From Anthoceros angustus (taxonomy: Eukaryota; Plantae; Anthocerotophyta): a DNA stretch of 64,000 nt. This document shows positions 1 to 10,270 of this stretch, one piece after another (position 1 is the stretch's first letter; the number at the start of each line of letters is the position of its first letter). The notes beneath the pieces were generated by a model, which was given only the letters and a program-made list of their open reading frames with translations, was not told the origin of the DNA and searched no databases. The stretch lies in assembly GCA_010909165.1 (NCBI GenBank), contig MU008165.1, positions 1,860,001 to 1,924,000 on the forward strand, written 5' to 3'. Position numbers and translations under genes: made by a program.

Positions 1-346
1 ATCCCAAAATCACCTTGTCGCAGAACCCAAGATGATTCAGATAGTTTTCCTGCAACCACGAAACCCATGCATAGCAAACTACTTGCCCTCGTTGATCCTT
101 CCAGATGGAATCCAGGACCCTACAAAGGCTGGCAAGACTAGATTGTTGTAACCACCAACTCATCAAAACAAAGTTTGGAGGGGATCGCGATGGATAGGTC
201 GGAGGAAAGGTGCACATGAAAGTGATAGGTGGAAGGAACTGGACCGCAAAGTCATGTACATTGCCCTCATACTCCGACCTATCACTCTTGGAGGCAGAAG
301 TACTACCATCCCTAGAGCTGGAATTTTCGGGAGTGTCAGAGCTCTG

Positions 347-3300
347 ACCAGAAGTAGAGCTTTCAGCAGGTGGAAGGGAAAGCGATGGCAGCTCTGCAGA
401 CACCATCACTTTATCCGGAGTCTCCACATGAATAGATATCTGAAAGTATCATACAAAAGAGTTAGACCTGGGTTAACACCACACCCCTTCTCCAGGAATC
501 TCCCAAGATGACATGCAAAGACACACAATGCACGTTGATTCCCCAGGGACTGCACCGCTTTTCTACATACCGCAAACATCTGACAGGTACAAAACAGAGA
601 AACAGCAAGAATACCGTGAAAACAGAAGGCCACCCCTCTTCTGTATTGACAACCGTCAAATCTTCCCCAAATATGGCCTGCAAAACCATCATCTGCAACA
701 CGCGCGACGCGCATCAAACAGGAGCCACCTTGCTACTCACCCCGAGCAGCCAAGCACATTGCGGTCAAGCACATACCTCATCTTCCTGTTCCTGTCTGTT
801 GGCCTCCACCTCAGCTGCCTCCATGGCATGACCGCCTGTAGCGATGGACAGCTGCCTCAATCTCGCTGCCACCAATTCCTCGTTAAAAGCAACACCATTC
901 CCCCCTGAAACCTTTTCCTCTCCCTTGATCTTGTCCTCCTGAGAAGGTGCAGGTTCCGACTCATTCAACGCACATGATTCAGCCTGATTCCTTGCATCTG
1001 CCTTCTCTGCAACACGCCTAACCAGCACCTGCTGCTCAGAGGCACCCCCATTCGACGCAGTCACAGGAGGGTTCCTCTTTTTGGAACCCCGTGATCTACT
1101 CCTGCCCTTCGCACTAGGAGCTGGGAGTCTACTGACTTCAGCACCTTGCAAGTAGTCTGTCAACATGGTCGGCTGAGGAGGACGACTATAGCCCCAGTGA
1201 GGGCTTACGTTGCCGGTAGGAGACTCGGGAATCTCTTCCTCTATCCAAGAGACATCTCCATCCATGAGGTTGCGACCTGCTGCAGATCCGTGCTCCTCCA
1301 CACACCTGTGGCAGACAGAGGAACCAGGCCTGCGCCTTAAATTCCGCAAAATTCTGCAACACCACCGCCCTCTCAATTTTGCTGGAATCCTCGGAAGGAA
1401 ACCAGCAGTAGAGGTCACAAGCGCCCAAAATCGCGTAGCCCAGAGTACTCGCGATCCATCATCAGCGATGCAATCGGGCAACTAGATCGGTGTAGCTCAG
1501 CTCTTCAATTCGTTGTCGTTCAGTCGGGATGCACTTCATGTACAATGTATACGTATGTACACTGACGTGGGCATATTGCTTAGCGTGGAGGACAAGGAAT
1601 GCAACAGAATTGCTACGATCCCGACTTCCGTGGACAACAGACGCCCTACAGTGGACCGATCATTTCAAAGGATTGTGTGGTAGCAAGAGCATAACTAGAG
1701 AGGAGGGGAGGGGTGAGTTATAATCAGGACCCAATTTATAGTAGACCTATGAATGATTTACCTTCCTACATATATAGACGACGCCCCCTTGCTCGAGATC
1801 TGGGCAAATTCACTCCCGACGCAAAGCATGCACAATCTCACAACCTCACAAGGTCGTGACTCAAAGCATGCACAATTTTATAACCTCTCAACCTCTCGAC
1901 GCTCTATTCCGTCGTTCATTGAGGATTCGCAGACAACGTTCTCGAGTCTAGTTATCTACATGCTTTAGATTACTGTGTGTCTTTGACTCAAGGACTTAGG
2001 TAGAAGCGGACTCGCACTCTGAGGCCTTCTCGAGTCTACCTTCTCTACCTTCTCAAGTCTACCTTCTCGTGTCTACCTCTTCGAGTCTAGTTATCGTTAT
2101 ATATGCTTTTTGATTAGTGCCTTTGACTCAAGGGCTTAGCTAGAAGCTCAGCTCTCTATAGAGTAGAATAGAATGCAATGTCCTTTAAGATCTTGCTCCA
2201 GCCTCTCTCGCAGGCTAGCCTCAACTAGGCAAACCATTAACCAGAAGTAGAGCTTTCAGCAGGTGGAAGGGAAAGCGATGGCAGCTCTGCAGACACCATC
2301 ACTTTATCCGGAGTCTCCACATGAATAGATATCTGAAAGTATCATACAAAAGAGTTAGACCTGGGTTAACACCACACCCTTCTCCAGGAATCTCCCAAGA
2401 TGACATGCAAAGACACACAATGCACGTTGATTCCCCAGGGACTGCACCGCTTTTCTACATACCGCAAACATCTGACAGGTACAAAACAGAGAAACAGCAA
2501 GAATACCGTGAAAACAGAAGGCCACCCTCTTCTGTATTGACAACCGTCAAATCTTCCCCAAATATGGCCTGCAAAACCATCATCTGCAACACGCGCGACG
2601 CGCATCAAACAGGAGCCACCTTGCTACTCACCCCGAGCAGCCAAGCACATTGCGGTCAAGCACATACCTCATCTTCCTGTTCCTGTCTGTTGGCCTCCAC
2701 CTCAGCTGCCTCCATGGCATGACCGCCTGTAGCGATGGACAGCTGCCTCAATCTCGCTGCCACCAATTCCTCGTTAAAAGCAACACCATTCCCCCTGAAA
2801 CCTTTTCCTCTCCCTTGATCTTGTCCTCCTGAGAAGGTGCAGGTTCCGACTCATTCAACGCACATGATTCAGCCTGATTCCTTGCATCTGCCTTCTCTGC
2901 AACACGCCTAACCAGCACCTGCTGCTCAGAGGCACCCCATTCGACGCAGTCACAGGAGGGTTCCTCTTTTGGAACCCCGTGATCTACTCCTGCCCTTCGC
3001 ACTAGGAGCTGGGAGTCTACTGACTTCAGCACCTTGCAAGTAGTCTGTCAACATGGTCGGCTGAGGAGGACGACTATAGCCCCAGTGAGGGCTTACGTTG
3101 CCGGTAGGAGACTCGGGAATCTCTTCCTCTATCCAAGAGACATCTCCATCCATGAGGTTGCGACCTGCTGCAGATCCGTGCTCCTCCACACACCTGTGGC
3201 AGACAGAGGAACCAGGCCTGCGCCTTAAATTCCGCAAAATTCTGCAACACCACTGCCCTCTCAATTTTGCTGGAATCCTCGGAAGGAACCAGCAGTAGAG

Positions 3301-4115
3301 GTCACAAGCGCCCAAAATCGCGTAGCCCCAGAGTACTCGCGATCCATCATCAGCGATGCAATCGGGCAACTAGATCGGTGTAGCTCAGCTCTTCAATTCG
3401 TTGTCGTTCAGTCGGGATGCACTTCATGTACAATGTATACGTATGTACACTGACGTGGGCATATTGCTTAGCGTGGAGGACAAGGAATGCAACAGAATTG
3501 CTACGATCCCGACTTCCGTGGACAACAGACGCCCTACAGTGGACCGATCATTTCAAAGGATTGTGTGGTAGCAAGAGCATAACTAGAGAGGAGGGAGGTG
3601 AGTTATAATCAGGACCCAATTTATAGTAGACCTATGAATGATTTACCTTCCTACATATATAGACGACGCCCCCTTGCTCGAGATCTGGGCAAATTCACTC
3701 CCGACGCAAAGCATGCACAATCTCACAACCTCACAAGGTCGTGACTCAAAGCATGCACAATTTTATAACCTCTCAACCTCTCGACGCTCTATTCCGTCGT
3801 TCATTGAGGATTCGGACAACGTTCTAGTCTAGTTATCTACATGCTTTAGATTCATGTGTCTTTGACTCAAGGACTTAGGTAGAAGCGGACTCGCACTCGA
3901 GGCCTTCGAGTCTACCTTCTCTACCTTCTCAAGTCTACCTTCTCGTGTCTACCTCTTCGAGTCTAGTTATCGTTATATATGCTTTTTGATTAGTGCCTTT
4001 GACTCAAGGGCTTAGCTAGAAGCTCAGCTCTCTATAGAGTAGAATAGAATGCAATGTCCTTTAAGATCTTGCTCCAGCCTCTCTCGCAGGCTAGCCTCAA
4101 CTAGGCAAACCATTA
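347..4115. repeat. Tandem duplication of a ~1.89-kb unit (347-2239 and 2240-4115)
   Basis: ACCAGAAGTAGAGCTTTCAGC starts at 347 and again at 2240. The copies are collinear and differ mostly by 1-bp indels; ACC is present at all three junction points. Confidence 0.95.
406..1560 (-). pseudogene. Unidentified decayed coding-like sequence inside the duplicated unit (copies at ~2300-3450 and, diverged, ~6090-6700)
   Basis: Fragments such as IEELSYTDLV, WALVTSTAGFLPRIP and NLMDGDVSWIEE are conserved between copies, with stops and frameshifts. Family not recognised. Confidence 0.35.
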
Positions 4116-4732
4116 ACCCCGAGAAGTCTTGCAAACTAAGAGTCCTCACTGGGCAGCTCTTCATTAGTGGCTGCTGCAAGCTCGCTAACACCGAGAATTG
4201 TGGCAAGTCCGCTAACCCCGAGAATTGTTGTCGACTATTGTCACTCGAAGTTTTCTCTAGACTAAACAGCTCTTCATTACTGACTGCGTCAAGTCCACTA
4301 ACATCAAGAATTCTTGTCGACTAGTGTCACTAAGGATCCTCTCTAGGTTGCTCTTCATTAGTGATTGCAGCCTAGAAGATTGCATGTAGCATGCAACCAC
4401 AAGTGGCTTCTTTACAAGGCAGTTACTAGTTAGATAATTTTATGTTTTTTATTTTTTATTTTTTATTTTATTTCATCAATTTCATCAGTACATGTTATGG
4501 ATATAGTAAATAATATAAATTTTTATATTGATCATTAAATATTATTTAAATTATATTTTAATAAATATATATACTCATAAATGGATGGAAATCTAATACC
4601 CTTGCCTTGGATGGGCTTAACATTTAAAAGGGTACATCCATGAGCAATGGACCGCTTCCGGTCACCCAGCATTGGCTATATGCATAAGGTGCAACAAGAC
4701 CAAACACGTAGGGGAAAATTAAAAGATAATAA

Positions 4733-6005
4733 GATATATAAATATAACATATACAAATATAAACGTATAACATATAAATATACAAACATATAAATATATA
4801 AATATATAAATATATAACATAAATATATAAATATATAAATATATAAATATATAAATATATAAATATATAAATATATAAATATATAAATATATAAATATAT
4901 AAATATATAAATATATAAATATATAAATATATAACATATATATATAAATATAAATATATAACATATAAATATATAAATATATAACATATAAAATAAATAT
5001 ATAAATATATAAATATAAATATATAAATATATAAATATATAAATATATAAATATATAAATATATAAATATATAACATATAAATATATAACATATAAATAT
5101 ATAAATATATAAATATATAAATATATAAATATATAAATATATAAATATATAAATATACAAATATATAACATATATAAATATAACATACAAACATACAAAC
5201 ATACAAACATATAACATACAACGTATAAACGTACAACGTATAAACGCATAAACGATAAACGTATAAATATAAACGTATAAACGTATAAACGTATAAACGT
5301 ATAAACGTATAACGTATAAACGTACAAACGTATAAATGTACAAACATATACATATAAATATATACAAACATACAAACATATAAATATATAACATATAACA
5401 TACAAATATACAAACATATAAATACAAATATACAAACATACAAATATACAAATATACAAACATATAACATAAATATAAATATATAAATATATAAATATAT
5501 AAATATATAAATATATAAATATACATAAATATATAACATATATAAATATACAAATATACAAACATACAAACATATAACATATATAAACGTATAAACGATA
5601 AACGCATAAACGTATAACGTATAAACGTATAAACGTATAAATGTACAAACATATACATATAAATATATACAAACATACAAACATATAAATATATAACATA
5701 TAACATACAAATATACAAACATATAAATACAAATATACAAACATACAAATATACAAATATACAAACATATAACATAAATATATAACATATAAATATATAA
5801 CATATAAATATACAAACATATAACATAAACATACAAACATACAAACATACAAACATACAAACATACAAACATACAAATATACAAACATACAAACATACAA
5901 ACATACAAACATACAAACATACAAACATACAAACATACAAACATACAAACATACAAACATACAAACATACAAACATACAAACATACAAACATACAAACAT
6001 ACAAA
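4733..6005. repeat. AT-rich 8-bp satellite (AAATATAT / AAACGTAT / AAACATAC variants), ~1.27 kb
   Basis: Directly visible 8-bp periodicity; G is rare on the + strand; an internal block is repeated at 5336 and 5641. Confidence 0.97.
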
Positions 6006-6089
6006 CACGGCCCATGCAACTCATGGCAAAATTCCCATACAGAGACCACGAGCCGGAAGTAGTGACTCACGCAGATGGAGACACTCGTT

Positions 6090-7465
6090 GCCTCATTTTG
6101 GAACCTCTTGATCTACTCTTGCCCTTTGCACTAGGAGCAGGGAGTCTACTGACTTCGGCACCTTGCAAGTAGTCGTTCAACATGGTCGGCTAAGGAGGAC
6201 GACAATAGCCCCCGTGAGAGCTTCCGCTGCTAGTAAGGGATCTTTTGTTCTATCCAAGATACGTCTCCATCCATGAGATTACAACTTGCTACAAATCCAT
6301 GCTCCTACATATATGTGGCAGGGGAACGAGGCCTTCTGCTCAAATTCTCCCAAGGCTGTGCGTCCCCAACATTCTACCAAACATTCTACAGCACCACCTT
6401 CTCAACTTTGTTGGAATCCTTGGAAGGAAACCAGCAGTAGAGGTCACAAGCGCCCACAATCAGGCGATCCATCATCAATGATGCGATTGGCCAACTAGAT
6501 CAGTGTAGCTCATCTCTTCAATTCGCCGTCGTCTAGTCAGGATGCACTTCATGTACATGTATACGCATGACGTGGGCATATGGCTTAGCGTGGAGGACAA
6601 GGAATGCAACAAAATTGCTACGATGTGGACCAAGTTCGACTTTCGTGACTGTACAACAGTCGACCTATTATGTCTACGCATCTTGACTAGTCGACCTATC
6701 AATTCTAACGGTTGTGTGATGGAAAATAGAAGACATTATAGCACATGCATATGGTGAGTTATAATCAGGACCTAATTTATAATAGATCTATACATGATTT
6801 ACCTTTTCTAGATACATAGTAAGCCCCTTCGCATGCAGCCAATAAAAAAGTAGCAAGTGTTGGCTTCCCAATGGCTTAGGATCTCGACAATTCACTTGTG
6901 ACCCAAAGCATGCACAATCTCACAACCTCTAAACCTCATGAAGCAGTATATAATAGGCATTCACTCGTGACCCAAAGCATGCACAATCGCGTAACGTCTC
7001 AACCTCACAAAGCACTATATAATAGGCTCGTAGTATCTTGCCGTTCACTACATAATAGGCTCAAAGTATCCCACCATTCACTAAGCACTACATAATAGGC
7101 TCATAATATCTTGCTGTTCACTACATAAAAGGCTCAAAATATCCCACCATTCACCGATGATTCGTAGACAACCTTGAATCGAGTCTAGTTATCTACATGT
7201 TTTTTATTACTGTCTTTGACTCAAGGGCTTAGCTAGAGGCTACTCACAGACTGCCTTCTCAAGTCTAGTTATCTACATGCATATGCTTTTCATTATCTTT
7301 GACTCAAGGGCTTAGCTAGAAACGACTGAAAGACTACCTTCTCGAGTCTAGTTATATACATGCTATTGATCACTAACTTTGACCCAAGGGCTTAGCTAGA
7401 AGCGACTCCTAGACTACCTTCTTGAGTTTAGTTATCTACATGCTTTTGATTTATGTCTTTGACTC
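6090..7465. repeat. Third, diverged partial copy of the 1.9-kb unit, ending in a ~80-bp minisatellite (GAGTCTAGTTATCTACATG...GACTCAAGGGCTTAGCTAGA x4 at ~7175-7465)
   Basis: Alignable by eye to ~1075-2150. The minisatellite motif also occurs at ~1940-2150 and ~3825-4030. Confidence 0.8.
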
Positions 7466-8235
7466 AATTTGGACAACAGTAAGACTCATGTTCACAAAAT
7501 AAATAAATATTTAAATAGAAGCCTTCTAGGTCGGACCCCACTGTCACGACACCGTCGTTGCGAACTACCAATACACGTAAGTAAAGGTAATATAATACAT
7601 GTACAACAAAAAGTGTGAACTTAGTTCTATGATAGAGGTATTGCATATATTAATACTCTAGTACTTCGCCTTCCAAAACTAAGTCACTAGGTAGGTATGC
7701 TCAAGTTCTTGGAAGGACATGAACTCTTTGTGTCCTAACGTCATAGGAAATTTGTCGTGTCCTACTGCATTCTGTAATTATGTCCTTGAACCCATTGAAA
7801 TTATTCATGTAGAGTAGTTTTTGATTTTGCAAAATAGTTTTGTGTCTTACGTCCATGTCCTTGAACACCATAGTTTTTCTTATCACGACTTCCTTTTAGT
7901 AATGGTTTCCATTCCCTTCACTAGTGTGAAATCAAGAGCTACTAGTCATGGCTGCTAATACTGGTCTGGCAACCTACTGCTCTTCTTATGCAACTATTGA
8001 ATCTTACTAAGCGTAGGTTCCTAATACCTATCTTGCCCAGTTTGCTCCTATTTCTTTGTTTGTCCCAAGTATCTATGCTTTAGCATCATTTGTTTCTTTT
8101 TTTCTTTGACTGTTTTAGTGCATACATTTAGGTTTCCACTTCTCCATATGTTTTCCCTGGTCTTTGAAGCTCATATAATCCGTGAAATATATTTTTCTTT
8201 CATCTCATTATTTTTCTCCATCTCTTCCTCCCTCA

Positions 8236-8986
8236 TTACTGTTGAGTGCATTTGTCATGCGTAAGACCTAGCCAACTTTCTAGAAATACTTTTGTGTATA
8301 CAAGGGAATTCAAATCTTCCCTTGCAATAGAATATGTAGCTGAACTTAGATTGCTCTTTGATGTCAAAATATAGATTACATGAAAAACGATGAAGAAGGG
8401 AAAAGAACATTGCCCGTAAGTGGCTCTAGTGTTAAGTCGAGTTTGCCATTTGATTGGGAGCTCCCTTGCAAACAGGCTCCAGGCCATCTCAGTATCCTTC
8501 TCTAGCGGATGTGCTGAACAGCGGCAAACAGCCAGGTTCACTCGTAGGTGATGCGATGCTTTCTCCATCGATTCCCCATGAAGTCCTTTCAAAGCGCAAG
8601 AAGGAGGGATGCGGCATGCATACATGCCACCACAACGATGGCACGGCAGGCACAGCACTGCACGGCACGGGAAGCCCGCAACACCGATTTCCCGTTGCAT
8701 TATTGCCTGAATGCTTGACCGACCCAGCCTGGAGATGCTCTTTGTGCCAAGCAAGGAACAGATCGATGGATTCCCGACCCTAATGGCACCGAGGGCCTGT
8801 GTGAGGGATCCAGCTGTCCACAAGTCCGAAAGCCAGTCTTCCTCCAAGCACCAGACTGGTGTCCTCCAGGCAGCAAAACGTACTCCAGACTCCGCGCATG
8901 TGAGTATGTCGGTGAAAGAAAGCGCTGGATACAGTACTCCAACGGCGCATTCGTCCGGACCGCACGGTGGGAAAAGCGAACTCATG
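8236..8986 (-). other. Possible short gene or ORF divergent from the TOR1-like gene; product unidentified
   Basis: Open frame from an ATG near 8986 (MSSLFPPCG...), with candidate splice sites and a GC-rich promoter-like region upstream. No recognisable domain. Confidence 0.25.
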
Positions 8987-9119
8987 TCCTGACAGCAAAG
9001 AGAGCGGAGCAAGCCGCTCGTCGGTGAAGCGCATTTGAGAGAGACGAAGCATCGAGCATCGAGAATCTCGATTCTCCTGCCTGTCGCCCGCACGATCTCG
9101 GATGCCTCTGGCCTGTTAA

Positions 9120-9430
9120 GAAAGGGAAGACTCGAGCCGATTGGCGTCAGCCCGAGTTAGATAACCCCGGTCCCCGCGGCCGGGTAGCGGGGACGGGGTC
9201 CCGGCGCAACGGGACGGGGTTCCCAAAACGGTGGCTCCATGCAGCCAATCCGATTGGGACAGTCCGGGAGCCAATGGGACCGCGCGGTAGTGGGCGCGGT
9301 GGGTCCCAGCCGCCCGCTCTCCCGTCGCGGTTACTGGGCCCACTGCGAGCCCGACCGCGGACCGGGTTGGTCACAGCGCGATAAACCGCGCGGTCGGCCC
9401 CACCGCGCGTCCAGTCTCTGGAGAGGAGGA
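9120..9430. promoter_or_regulatory. GC/CpG-rich putative (bidirectional) promoter with CCAAT boxes
   Basis: ATTGG at ~9141, palindromic CCAATC-C-GATTGG at 9245-9257, CCAAT at ~9274, and a TGGGCC site II-like motif at ~9336; very CpG-dense. Confidence 0.5.
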
Positions 9431-10270
9431 CCCCAGAACAGCGCCCGTTTGGCTTCCGAGTCGTCTCTCGCGTCTCGGAAGCCTGCTTCTGCCGAATTCT
9501 TGCTATCCTGCGGGCGCAGCCCGATCTGCAGCGCGGAGCCCGCATTCTTCGATTTCCCGCACTTTTCTGCCTCTTCTGCCGGGTTGGGAATCTCCGGAGC
9601 ACAGGTTTGGCGATTTCCGCTTTGTTTCTTCTGTGTGGGTGCATTTTGCATTTTGTGGGTGCTTGTGAGATTCGCGTCTGTGCCTCTTGTCTGCTGCGTT
9701 CTGCTCATCGTGGATGAGCTTCTGCAACTTCTGTGATTGAAACGGATCCGCGGTTGTGGAGGGAGGGAGTCTTTCCGATTGCATACAAGGAGGTGGAGTG
9801 CCGATTTTCTTGATTGCCAGCTCAGGCGTGCTGCGGATGTTGGGTGTTGGTGTTTGGCATTGGTGTGGAGGTGATGTGCATTCGGTGTTTGTTTAGTGAT
9901 CTGGATCGGATTGGATTGGAGGAGCTCTTGTTAGCGTGAACATCTATGATCTGCGGGGATTTTCGACTTTTTTTTTGTGAACGTCCTTTGCACGGTCGCT
10001 GCATTGAAGAGTAATTTCGTGAATGGATTGTCCTTGATTGATGAGGTGGTATAGCCTGGGAAGGGAGGGGTTTGGTGGGCGAAGAAAGGGAAACGTCAGA
10101 GTGGAGTCTGGAGATGCTTGTTGGGAGGGTTGTATGGCTACCCGAGGAGGAGTTACTTTGAAGGTGGCCTGCTAGGGCATGGAGGTGGTGAATCTGGCCG
10201 AGGCCTGCTGCGTTGTTGGTGTGGCATGCAAGGATCCTAGTTGGAGCATTACAGGCAGCTGTTTCAAGGC

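Noticed and set aside
190-290. Inverted repeat GATAGGTCGGAG / CTCCGACCTATC that could form a hairpin
   Set aside because: The stem is only ~12 bp with a long loop, not enough for a miRNA or terminator call.
4624-6070. Three 430-466 aa Y/I/C/V/F/L/M ORFs
   Set aside because: Translation of the 8-bp satellite, which lacks stop codons on the - strand; not protein-like.
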